From an uncultured Gammaproteobacteria bacterium (GTDB lineage Bacteria; Patescibacteriota; Microgenomatia; UBA10105; UBA927), in NCBI GenBank assembly GCA_964621305.1, contig CAZUOM010000003.1, positions 14,589-78,588 of the forward strand: a stretch of 64,000 bases of DNA, read 5' to 3'. Numbering within the stretch: position 1 is the first letter of the stretch; every line of letters begins with the position of its first letter. This document shows positions 29,522-38,777 of the stretch, piece after piece. The notes under the pieces are model-generated. The model was given only the letters and a program-made list of their open reading frames with translations. It was not told where the DNA came from and did no database searches. Both the position numbers and the translations under genes were made by a program.

Positions 29522-29599
29522 GTTAGAGCCTCAAGTTGTAAACCTCTCATTTAGTGAGCATAGCGTCGCTAATTTTCTGACAGTGTAATTTCCGGGTGG

Positions 29600-29929
29600 C
29601 TAAAATTTGACTTTAACATTAATTATAAAAATCGCCCACATGAGTAAATATAACAGAGTGCCAAGATTTTCGGCTATATCGTGTCTGGAAAAAAGAACGG
29701 CAAGGATTGAGAGGAAGAGAAAAAAAATGGCAATAACCAAATAAGCCCTGGTTCTAAATTTGAGGATAATGGTTGCAAGAATTATCATGATAAAAATCTT
29801 ATTCCTAGTCGTAAAGACAAGGCTTGAGTAGGGAAGAATAGACAAAAGGTCCACAACGAAATAGCTCAAGGTAAAAGCAAGTAATTTCCCGCTGTTTTGA
29901 CTGATAAACTCTTTAATCTTCTGCCACAT
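29600..29929 (-). CDS. Small membrane protein (about 4 TM)
   Basis: 109-aa hydrophobic ORF overlapping the stop of the upstream gene. Confidence 0.7.
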   Translation of the reverse strand: MWQKIKEFISQNSGKLLAFTLSYFVVDLLSILPYSSLVFTTRNKIFIMIILATIILKFRTRAYLVIAIFFLFLSILAVLFSRHDIAENLGTLLYLLMWAIFIINVKVKF

Positions 29930-32900
29930 ATTTTCTTTTTCTCAGAAAAACTAGTAACAGGACGAATGTTGGCAGGGTCACAGACGTAATCAGAAGACCT
30001 ATATAGAAAAAGCTCTGTGGAGCATAGACAATCCTCATTTCAAAATCTCCTGTATTTTGGACTAGCCAGGCATTCGAGTAACCGTCAAGACTAAAATGGA
30101 CAGATGGGTCAACTTGACTGAAAAATTTTCCCGGTAAGATTTTGGCCAAAAAGGTCGATTTAACATCTTCCTCCACGAAGTAAGCTTTCCAACCGTTATT
30201 GAAAGACTGCAAGAAGTTAAGAATAAAACCGGAGTCTGCCCCGCTGACCTTTAGTTTGTATTCGGTAGGCGAGACCATTTCACTGGTAATTTGTGGGGTG
30301 GACAATTTTTCCCCCGCGAGTTCCTTGGTAAAAAAAACTTTGGGACTATAAGTTCTATAGATCCTGGGGCTACTGACCTCAAAATACTTTTCATCTATAA
30401 AGCTGTTAAAACCTTGATATTCAAACCCTAGATAACCTTCCCTCGCCAAAAAATTAGGGTCAATGGTAAAGCTAAAGGTTCTCGGAACCCTGGAAGTTTT
30501 TAAGTCTTTTTTAACTCTGTCTGCTTTTCCTAAAATATTCGGTCTATCATTGTCCTGAAAGATAATTAAGCGGGGGTTGGTATTTTTGCTAGCCCGATAT
30601 TCGAAAGAAACTGCGTACGAATCCGAATATGAGTAATCATTAATTTTTAGCCTGCTGCTCTCGTTTTTCGAAATATCAATAAGCTCCCCAGGAGGTGGTT
30701 CTAATAGATTCACGGGCTCGGGATATATAAGCTCAACTCGATGTGTACCTTCTGCTAATGATATCTGGCGCCTGTTACTAACTTTTTGTCCATTAAGATA
30801 TAGAGAAACTGGTTCTGTAACTTGTTCTACAATTTCCAGCCGGTAAATTCCCGGCTCGCTTATGACGACCAAATACCTTTTTTTCGTTTCTTCCTGTGTT
30901 ACCCAGACTTGTTTCTCAAGAACTGAAACCCCGTCGTTTATAAACCCAAAAAGCTGGTTAAAAGCATCGGGGGCTAAGTTGTATTGGTTCTCTACTGCCG
31001 AAAGAGACCTCTTGTGCATCGTCAGATAGCCCAAAATTTTTAGCCCATAGGCATTCTTGTCTGATAAATTAAGATTCGAAAACTGGGACATGGCGTCTTC
31101 CAGATTCTTTTGATAGCGAGAAAGACTATCCTCTATTAACCCGGCTGTGAGCTCTCTCTCTTTTGGATTTTGGCTTCCGGCTCTTTCTGTTAGAAGCGCC
31201 GCTTCCCCCAATCTTTTGCTGGCAATACCAAGGTTGGCGTCGATTCTCCGGGCCGGGAGATCTTCAACTTCCTTAAGAACACCAGCCTCTCTCTTGTCAA
31301 TAAAGCTGTAGAGAAGAGAACCGGGCAAAAAGTTAATATAGGGAAGAGATAACTCTTCAACGAATTGCATATATTCTCCTTGTTTGCAATATACACAAGT
31401 TGCCTCAATTCCCAAGGCGTCGGAATAAATAAGAATTTTTCCTACGTCTTTTCCTTCTGTGTCCAAGGAGCTGACAAGGTGCTTACCAGACCCGCTGATT
31501 GCCTTAAACGTCTCCTCTGTAGGCTGCTTATCAGATTGAATGTAGGAAAAAGTCCTTACCGTACCAACTTGGGCCAGATCATAGATGGCTTTGTCTAGGC
31601 CATATAGTCTCCAAGCGCCCTCTTCCCTTTCCAAGAATACTCCCCTAAAGCTTTTTAAGTTCTCCTCCCAAAACAAGGCGTCTTGGCTTTTATTTATTTT
31701 ATTGTTGTACAAGATATCGTCTCTCCAGAGAACCTTCTTTACCCCCGACAGTTTTACGAAATATATAAAATCGTTTTCGTCCCCCCTCTCAATTGCTTTG
31801 TACAGAGCGTCGACTAATTTCTCCCTTTTGGTGTCGTTGGCCAAAAACGATTTGGTGGTGGAAATCCTGGGAAGAAGATCTAAACTCCAATAACCCCATT
31901 CGTAGCTGTCGGAGTTGAACTGGGAATCCATGGGTGGGATCATAAGTATTCTTGCTTCCTTGTCTTTAAGGTTATCGATGTAGTTTGACATATCCCTGAC
32001 ATAGGAGGGAACTGTTACTTTTGTGCTAAATGGCGGATTCCAGTCAAAAAATCTGTTGGAAAAATACGGGTAGTGATATGAAAGAATAAAAACTATCGAT
32101 AAGACTCCAGCAACAATTTTTTTCTTACCGGAAGCAATGAATCTCTGAATCAAAAAATTCAAGAAAAATCCTGTCAGGAGAACTGCTGGAAACCAGGCGG
32201 CGGGAGCAAACTTGTAAAAAGCGGTCCTGAATATGGCAAATCCAGGAAGATACTTAATAAGAAAAACATAGATAAAACCGAACGGAGGATGTGAACCTGC
32301 CGTAAAGACCAATCCGACCAGGAAAAGAAGCAGAAGAAAGAAAACGACCTCCCTCTTTTGGTTTTCTTTACTTGCGAAATAAGACCACATTCCGACCAAA
32401 ACGAGGAGAGTGGGAATAAAGCTGGCCATAATAAGGATGGGGTTTCCCATAAAGGGCTGTGAGTAAGGATGGTGGCCGCTATACCAATCAGGAATTCCTT
32501 GCAGCCTGAAAAGGTTTATAAGACTTGAATACTGACTAACATTCTCTTCCCACCGAAGCGCCCCCAATATTCCTCCCATGGACGAGAGCTCCGATTTATA
32601 AGTGTTGAAAAATAAGTAAGATTGGGGAAAAACCCAATAGGCATTAGTGACCAAAAAGGTAAATACAAAAGTTAAGCCAGTTACGGCCGGCCGTAAAATA
32701 CCTTTTAAGCCATATTTGTATATAGCGGTAAACGCCAAGTATGCAAAAGCCACAAGAACAGCCAAAAGGACCGAGCCATAGAGGGGGGCGGAACCTCCGC
32801 CATTTAAAAAGAAAAAAAGAAAAGAAAAAAAGATTGCTCCCTTCAAAATAGAATAGTCCGTCTTAAGAGTTTTATATGTAATTAAAATTGCAAGAGGAAG

Positions 32901-33368
32901 GGCTGCATAAAGGGAAAATTTTGCCCTCTCGCCTATAAACCAGCCCTGCAAGATAAAAAAGTTGTAAACATAGAAGGTGCTAGAAAATATTCTCAATATC
33001 CAATATTTTTTTTCTGGAAAGAAGTTGCGAACAAAAATATACATGGATATCACCATAACGAAAAACCAGAGAACAAAGGAAAATCTTTGGGCGATAGAAA
33101 GGGAACCTGTCAGATAGTTGCCCAGAACTTCGGGTAGTTGGTTGACGAGGAAACCTTTATTGATAGCCCAATCGACACCAAAACCAATAGTTGGATTCCA
33201 AGAATAAAAAAGACTTTTAAGGTGGGACATCGAAAGCAATCTAAATCCAGAGTCGTGCCCCAAAACAACTTCTCCTCCTTTAAACCAGAGAAGTGGTGTA
33301 AGAGACAACAAGAAAATAAATAAAATTTCGAGTGTTTTTGTATTTAAAAAATTTATCCTAAATTTCAT
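29913..33368 (-). CDS. Large AftD/DUF3367-like GT-C membrane protein with extracellular beta-rich domains and YfhO-like C-terminus
   Basis: GHD, FYSWNP..G.G, FR...KF, VPSY, F.QSFN.GW, H...DGY.NAW, Y.PQ..FY.G then terminal TM. Confidence 0.75.
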   Translation of the reverse strand: MKFRINFLNTKTLEILFIFLLSLTPLLWFKGGEVVLGHDSGFRLLSMSHLKSLFYSWNPTIGFGVDWAINKGFLVNQLPEVLGNYLTGSLSIAQRFSFVLWFFVMVISMYIFVRNFFPEKKYWILRIFSSTFYVYNFFILQGWFIGERAKFSLYAALPLAILITYKTLKTDYSILKGAIFFSFLFFFLNGGGSAPLYGSVLLAVLVAFAYLAFTAIYKYGLKGILRPAVTGLTFVFTFLVTNAYWVFPQSYLFFNTYKSELSSMGGILGALRWEENVSQYSSLINLFRLQGIPDWYSGHHPYSQPFMGNPILIMASFIPTLLVLVGMWSYFASKENQKREVVFFLLLLFLVGLVFTAGSHPPFGFIYVFLIKYLPGFAIFRTAFYKFAPAAWFPAVLLTGFFLNFLIQRFIASGKKKIVAGVLSIVFILSYHYPYFSNRFFDWNPPFSTKVTVPSYVRDMSNYIDNLKDKEARILMIPPMDSQFNSDSYEWGYWSLDLLPRISTTKSFLANDTKREKLVDALYKAIERGDENDFIYFVKLSGVKKVLWRDDILYNNKINKSQDALFWEENLKSFRGVFLEREEGAWRLYGLDKAIYDLAQVGTVRTFSYIQSDKQPTEETFKAISGSGKHLVSSLDTEGKDVGKILIYSDALGIEATCVYCKQGEYMQFVEELSLPYINFLPGSLLYSFIDKREAGVLKEVEDLPARRIDANLGIASKRLGEAALLTERAGSQNPKERELTAGLIEDSLSRYQKNLEDAMSQFSNLNLSDKNAYGLKILGYLTMHKRSLSAVENQYNLAPDAFNQLFGFINDGVSVLEKQVWVTQEETKKRYLVVISEPGIYRLEIVEQVTEPVSLYLNGQKVSNRRQISLAEGTHRVELIYPEPVNLLEPPPGELIDISKNESSRLKINDYSYSDSYAVSFEYRASKNTNPRLIIFQDNDRPNILGKADRVKKDLKTSRVPRTFSFTIDPNFLAREGYLGFEYQGFNSFIDEKYFEVSSPRIYRTYSPKVFFTKELAGEKLSTPQITSEMVSPTEYKLKVSGADSGFILNFLQSFNNGWKAYFVEEDVKSTFLAKILPGKFFSQVDPSVHFSLDGYSNAWLVQNTGDFEMRIVYAPQSFFYIGLLITSVTLPTFVLLLVFLRKRKYVAED

Positions 33369-33408
33369 AATTACTTCTTAACGAATAATTAACCCCTACA
33401 ATAATTTT

Positions 33409-35064
33409 TTATTGTTTTCTCCATGTCCCCACTTTCCCTAACCTTACTCTTGTCTCGGAGGTAATATCTTCTAATGTTTTCGTTTGGCCATCGTAGAAAA
33501 AGGCATAAACATTCTCCGGTTCAAGAATATTTTCTTTTACTGTCTCCCTCATTTCCTCAAAATCCCAAAAATAACCAAAGCCAGCCTCACCTACCTCTCT
33601 ATATCCTTGCTCTGTCATTCCCCACAAAAAATTATCTACCAAAAGTTCTTTAGGAATAATCCCAGTATCGTTGTACCAAACCATTAGTGTATATCCTGGT
33701 CCTTGTTGTAGGGGAAGAGGAAGATTTTCTATATAGAAGCTCTTATTTCCTGTAATATAAAAAATATTTTTGCTACCAAGTGTAGGATAGTTCTTCTTTA
33801 TTTGGGATAAAATCGCTTTTCTGTCGCCTGCTAAAATTACTTGTCTTGCAATCTCTGCCCTAATAATACTAGCGTGGTGAAATAAAAAAATTAGAAATAC
33901 AAATAACCCCATTATTTTTAATAATCCCGCTTTTTGAGAAATCCATCTAATAACCGAGGCCAGGATAATACCGGCACCTGCCGAGGCAATATAATAGTAA
34001 CGGGATTCAAGATAGGTAAAAGTGCGATCTAAAACTATGTAAGGAAGAAAACTTAGAAAAACTAAAGCAACGGCAAGCAAAACAATTTTAGCATCTTCAC
34101 TTTTTCTATAAAGGAAGAGAAGAGTCAAGAGTAAAGAAGCTGAAATGAAAATCGAAAGAAGGTCAGCTGTTATTGTCTGTGATACTAATCCAATAATGGG
34201 ATTGCCTTCAAGGAACGGGTACTGGATTTTAGTTATTTCGCTAGCCCAAGAAGAAAGAGTTAAGGGGGGAATAAAAACTTGAGAAAAACTCGTAGTTGGA
34301 TAAAGGATCAGACGAACAGTAATGGTTTTTAAAAAATTATCACCACCGGCTACAAAAACTCCCACCTGCTCCTTTTGAGAAAAAAGTTCAAAAAGTCGGA
34401 AGAGAATAAGTCCCAAACCATAGACAAGCAGTGATAGATGTATCTTAACAGCTCGAAGAACGTTTGCTTTTTTAAAGATGATGTACATGAGGGGTAGAAA
34501 TAGAAAAAGAAAAAGGCCTATCTCTTTAAACCAGAAAGAAATGATAGTAAACAAAAATGAAAAATACAAAAACCTCTTTTTATCATTTTTACAATAGATA
34601 AAATAAGAAATAATAGCCAAAAGAATAAATGTTGTGGCTGGAAGCGTTCCGGTTGAAGTACCAAACCATGTAACAGGTTGGTGTGAAACACTATTTAGAG
34701 AAAAAAATAAGGCAGGGATCAATGCAATCAGACGATTTGTAAATATTTTTTTGGCTAGAGTAAATACTAAAATCGCATTTAAAAAATGGATCATAATTGA
34801 AAAGATTACCAGTGGAACGATATTAAATCTTGATATTTTAAAAAGAGGAAGGCTAATAAACCGTGTTAAAATCCGTCCCTCGCCAAAAAAAATCTGTAAA
34901 GGTGTAAAACCACCAGTAATGTGCTGCTCTATCCCCTCAACCATCATGTGGCCTAAACCTTGCCATTCATCTTGTTGATAAAAGGTTCTTGGAAGATCCT
35001 GGAAGGTTCCAATTATGGCAAAAAAAATTATTAGGGTGGGTAGAATTAGAAAAAACCGCTTCAT
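33409..35064 (-). CDS. GT-C membrane glycosyltransferase-like protein
   Basis: FYQQDEW after TM1, H..NA.LVF, FKE, SRYYY, polytopic. Confidence 0.75.
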   Translation of the reverse strand: MKRFFLILPTLIIFFAIIGTFQDLPRTFYQQDEWQGLGHMMVEGIEQHITGGFTPLQIFFGEGRILTRFISLPLFKISRFNIVPLVIFSIMIHFLNAILVFTLAKKIFTNRLIALIPALFFSLNSVSHQPVTWFGTSTGTLPATTFILLAIISYFIYCKNDKKRFLYFSFLFTIISFWFKEIGLFLFLFLPLMYIIFKKANVLRAVKIHLSLLVYGLGLILFRLFELFSQKEQVGVFVAGGDNFLKTITVRLILYPTTSFSQVFIPPLTLSSWASEITKIQYPFLEGNPIIGLVSQTITADLLSIFISASLLLTLLFLYRKSEDAKIVLLAVALVFLSFLPYIVLDRTFTYLESRYYYIASAGAGIILASVIRWISQKAGLLKIMGLFVFLIFLFHHASIIRAEIARQVILAGDRKAILSQIKKNYPTLGSKNIFYITGNKSFYIENLPLPLQQGPGYTLMVWYNDTGIIPKELLVDNFLWGMTEQGYREVGEAGFGYFWDFEEMRETVKENILEPENVYAFFYDGQTKTLEDITSETRVRLGKVGTWRKQ

Positions 35065-36317
35065 TTTACTGTCATCTTACAAAATTTTTTGATTATTTTT
35101 GCCTCATCTTGGGCGATTTTCCTCCAAGCAAACCTTCTGGCATACTTTCTTGCCTCAGAAGAAATACGTTTTACTTCTTCCGGCCGAAGAAAAAGAAACG
35201 CCAATACTTTCTTTGTTGCTTTTCTAATGTTTTTATTTTCTACTAGATAAAAAGATGGATGATTATAAAGTTCTGGATAATCTTTCAAAGCTGCTACGTT
35301 GTAGTGTACGACTGGAAGACCGCAAGATAAGGCTTCAAGAATAGTAATAACAGGAACCAGAGGTTCAAAATGAGCTAAATGGATAAAAACTCTCGATTCT
35401 CTCAATCTTTGAAATTTTTCCTCTTCAGATAAAACTCCAAGAATAAAGATATTCTTTTTTAATTTCTTTTTCTCAATTTCTCCCTCTAGTTTCAACTTTG
35501 TTTCTCTGTCGCAAGGGCCAATCATGATGAGCTTTGCACCCTTTTTTATTTTTGTCACATTTTCCCAAACTTTTACCAAATCAAAGATCCCTTTTTCCGA
35601 AGTATGACGGCCAACAAAAACCCCATCATATTTTGGTAAAATCTTCTTATAGCTAACACTGTTTATGGTTCCTATTGAAACGCCTGAAGGAGTTACACTT
35701 ATTTTTGATGAATGGTAGTAAGGTGCTAATTTTCTTTTAACGTGAGGGCTAACAGTAACAACATAGTTAACATTTCGTATTAATCTTTTCATCAGAAGCA
35801 AACTAATTACAATACCAAGGGGCGAAACAAATGAACGAGATCTTCCAATCTTGTTACTTCTTAGCGATTTATAATATTGCCAAAACCCTCCCTCTGGAAT
35901 TTCAAAGTTAAGAACGTCAATAATTACTGAGACAGAAGGAAAAAGTTTTTTTAAGATAACAGCGGGTAGAAAAATGTGTAAAGCTTCCCCTATCGGTGCA
36001 TAAATTACTTTATATCTTTTTGTCTTTAATTCTTGCCAACCCTTAATTGTTAGGATGACCGCAATCAAACTCCATTCTAGTATTCTTCCCCAAAGGAAGC
36101 TCCAGTTATAAATTCTGTCAACGATACTAGGTAGTTTATATTCAACAACCCTTCCGTTGAATTTTAAATCGGCAAGAATCGTTGGGTACTTGTCTAGAAC
36201 AGTTACGTGAAAATCTTGCGGAAAAAATCTCAAAAATTCTTTGGTTCGGACTAAACCACCAGAAGTAGGAACGGGCTGATCTGGGTGCCATAAGAGAAGT
36301 AAAATACCCTGATTCAT
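35061..36317 (-). CDS. GT4 glycosyltransferase
   Basis: SGG..R, FVGRH..EKG, E......LEALSCGLPVV. Confidence 0.85.
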   Translation of the reverse strand: MNQGILLLLWHPDQPVPTSGGLVRTKEFLRFFPQDFHVTVLDKYPTILADLKFNGRVVEYKLPSIVDRIYNWSFLWGRILEWSLIAVILTIKGWQELKTKRYKVIYAPIGEALHIFLPAVILKKLFPSVSVIIDVLNFEIPEGGFWQYYKSLRSNKIGRSRSFVSPLGIVISLLLMKRLIRNVNYVVTVSPHVKRKLAPYYHSSKISVTPSGVSIGTINSVSYKKILPKYDGVFVGRHTSEKGIFDLVKVWENVTKIKKGAKLIMIGPCDRETKLKLEGEIEKKKLKKNIFILGVLSEEEKFQRLRESRVFIHLAHFEPLVPVITILEALSCGLPVVHYNVAALKDYPELYNHPSFYLVENKNIRKATKKVLAFLFLRPEEVKRISSEARKYARRFAWRKIAQDEAKIIKKFCKMTVK

Positions 36318-36336
36318 AAAATAACTGCCTCAAATA

Positions 36337-37359
36337 TTAATCTTTATAGTTTTCTAACTCTGTAAACAAATAATAGTAATACAACAGCCGAACCTTTTTC
36401 TTTACCCGTTTCATAAGTTTTTTGTCGCTGATCTTTCGTAACTTCTCCTGGACTTTTTTTCTGTTGTTCAAGGTTTTCCCCAGATGAGTCAGATTCCAAA
36501 AGACAGCCTGTTGGATTGAGATTGCAACTCCAACTCTACCTCGTAAGAGAAAGGAAAACACTACGGCCTGGGTTAAGAGTAGATGGATGGGAAGCGTCTT
36601 AATAAGCTCCCATAGCCCGAGGTTTTTGATAATTGCGCTGATCCTATTCTTAAAGGAATGAAAATTAATGAAAGCGGTGGGAAGCTTTCTAGTGGTACTG
36701 CCTCCTTTGTGGAATATCGATGTGGTCGGCACGTACTTAATAATGTAGCCAGCCAACCAAACTCTCCAGCAAAAATCTGTCTCCTCAAAATATAAAAAGA
36801 ACTCATCGTCAAAAAGTCCAACTTTGTCTATAACCTCGCGCTTAATAAGCATGCAGGAGCCATTTGCAGAAAAAATTTCAGAGGATTCATTGTATTTTTT
36901 AAGTTTTGGGTTTTTATCATAACCGAAGTGGTATAAAAACCCCGAACTAGTCAAGAATGCCCCTGCGCTTTGGAGCTTCCTAGAGTCTACAAAAATTATT
37001 TTTGGCTGAACCACGCCAAGAATTTTTTCTTTTTCTAGTGCAGCCACCAGTTCAGTGAGAAGATTGGGCTGGACGACAGTGTCGTCGTTTAGCAACAAAA
37101 CATATTCTCCCTTTGTTTCCTTTACCCCCAAATTATTGCCTTTTGCAAAACCCAGGTTCTTTTTTTTCTCTAGAAGTTTTACCCGGGGATAATGTCTTTT
37201 AATGTATTCAATGGAGCCGTCGGTAGAGCCGTGGTCAACAATAATCATCTCAACGTTTTTATATTTAAGTTTCAAAAGAGACGGGAGAAGATCTCTCAAG
37301 TTTTCTAAACCATTTAAGTTAATGGTGACTATTGAAACCAAGCCTTTTTGGGAAGCCAT
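36337..37359 (-). CDS. GT2 glycosyltransferase (rhamnosyltransferase-like)
   Basis: VDHGSTDGS, NLGFA.GNN.G, LLNDD, FDDEFFLYFEETDFCWR. TACAAT lies 11 nt upstream. Confidence 0.9.
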   Translation of the reverse strand: MASQKGLVSIVTINLNGLENLRDLLPSLLKLKYKNVEMIIVDHGSTDGSIEYIKRHYPRVKLLEKKKNLGFAKGNNLGVKETKGEYVLLLNDDTVVQPNLLTELVAALEKEKILGVVQPKIIFVDSRKLQSAGAFLTSSGFLYHFGYDKNPKLKKYNESSEIFSANGSCMLIKREVIDKVGLFDDEFFLYFEETDFCWRVWLAGYIIKYVPTTSIFHKGGSTTRKLPTAFINFHSFKNRISAIIKNLGLWELIKTLPIHLLLTQAVVFSFLLRGRVGVAISIQQAVFWNLTHLGKTLNNRKKVQEKLRKISDKKLMKRVKKKVRLLYYYYLFTELENYKD

Positions 37360-37428
37360 AACTTTCTAGTATTGTATACCGATAAGATGAAGCATTAAAG
37401 CTTTCTAGACATAAAGTTTTTCGTCATT

Positions 37429-38112
37429 TCAAAAATAAAGCTCTTTTATCAGGGAGAACAGAAATTTTATCCCCTCGGTCGTCTTAAGCTTTGACTCACC
37501 CCAGGCTCTTGCTTTCTCCCGACTGGGAATCTCTAATACTTTAAGACCATACCTCAAAGCCTTAACAACCATTTCCTGTTCAGACCTAAAATCATTGAAT
37601 TTTAATCCTAGCTTAAGCGCTTCTGATTTTTTTATGGCCCGGAAGCTATAAAGTATGTCTGTCAGATTTGTACCATATCGCCTGTTAACTAAGGCGACCA
37701 AAAGATCGCTGCCCGCAGAACGAACTATCCCGCCTAAGTTAATATCCATATCATAACTTCCTCCAGTTCTTCTCGAGGCCGTAACCAAATCGGCTCTTCC
37801 TTGTTTAATCGGGTTTACAAATTTTGGGATGTCTTTCTCGTCGTGTGAGCCGTCCGCATCAAAAAATACAACAATGTCCCCTTTGGCTTTTTTGATACCT
37901 ATCCTTAAAGCCGCTCCTCTGCCTTTTTTATTATCCAAAAAAAATCTGGCGCCTAGTTTTTCAGAAATTTCTTTTGTCCCGTCGTTAGAATGTCCATCGA
38001 TAACCACTATCTCATCACCATATCTTTTTATTGACTTTAAAATCTTTTCAATTCCCTGCCCTTCGCCTTTAGTCAAAACTACAAGACTTACTTTTTGTTC
38101 TACTTTTTTCAT
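37429..38112 (-). CDS. GT2, DPM1-like
   Basis: IDGHSNDGT, GRG.A, FDADGSH, ASR. Confidence 0.88.
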   Translation of the reverse strand: MKKVEQKVSLVVLTKGEGQGIEKILKSIKRYGDEIVVIDGHSNDGTKEISEKLGARFFLDNKKGRGAALRIGIKKAKGDIVVFFDADGSHDEKDIPKFVNPIKQGRADLVTASRRTGGSYDMDINLGGIVRSAGSDLLVALVNRRYGTNLTDILYSFRAIKKSEALKLGLKFNDFRSEQEMVVKALRYGLKVLEIPSREKARAWGESKLKTTEGIKFLFSLIKELYF

Positions 38113-38777
38113 TTCTTACCCTTCACCGCACGAACAACGCAATATAAAGACAAATCGACCGGAAGTAAATAAGGAAACCAAATGGTCTTGTCAATAACGA
38201 CATTCTTTTTAATCGCACCGATAATTTGCCTATGGCTTGAAGGATGTATCTCGTCTGGAGTAAAGCCCAATACGTTTTTAATAATAAAATCGGTAAGTAG
38301 ATTTTTTGCGGGAAAACCCATTATTAAATAACCGTCGGGTTTCAAAATACGATACATTTCGCCAATAGCAACGCTCAACTCTTTCTTGGTGAAATGTTCA
38401 AGAACGCTCATGCAAACAATAGTATCAAAATAATTTTTCCGGTAAGGAGTTCTAAAAATCGACCCTGTAACTAACTTGGCTTTTATATTTTGTTTTTTAA
38501 GTATCTCTTCCACAGTTCTTGGATTGGGCAGGGTATCAATACCATGGATTTGAATGCCAAGCTTTACAAGTGTTGGTATAAAAGTTCCTCCTCCGTAACC
38601 CACATCAAGAATCTTCTCCACCTTGCGGCGCTTCATCAAAGAAATGGCCATCTCCAGACGTTTTCTCATAAAGTAGCCTTGTATAGGTCGATAGTACTGA
38701 TCAATAGTACTATCGATATAATCATAGTTGAGGTTCTTCAAATTCTCCTTTGGGGGTATAACCAATTTGACTTTCAT
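38109..38777 (-). CDS. Class I SAM-dependent methyltransferase
   Basis: ILDVGYGGG, FD.I...SVLEH, RILKPDG. Confidence 0.9.
   Translation of the reverse strand: MKVKLVIPPKENLKNLNYDYIDSTIDQYYRPIQGYFMRKRLEMAISLMKRRKVEKILDVGYGGGTFIPTLVKLGIQIHGIDTLPNPRTVEEILKKQNIKAKLVTGSIFRTPYRKNYFDTIVCMSVLEHFTKKELSVAIGEMYRILKPDGYLIMGFPAKNLLTDFIIKNVLGFTPDEIHPSSHRQIIGAIKKNVVIDKTIWFPYLLPVDLSLYCVVRAVKGKK

Noticed and set aside
29522-29599. IS ends or target-site duplication at the left island junction
   Set aside because: I found no terminal inverted repeat, no direct repeat shared with the right junction and no clear terminator hairpin.
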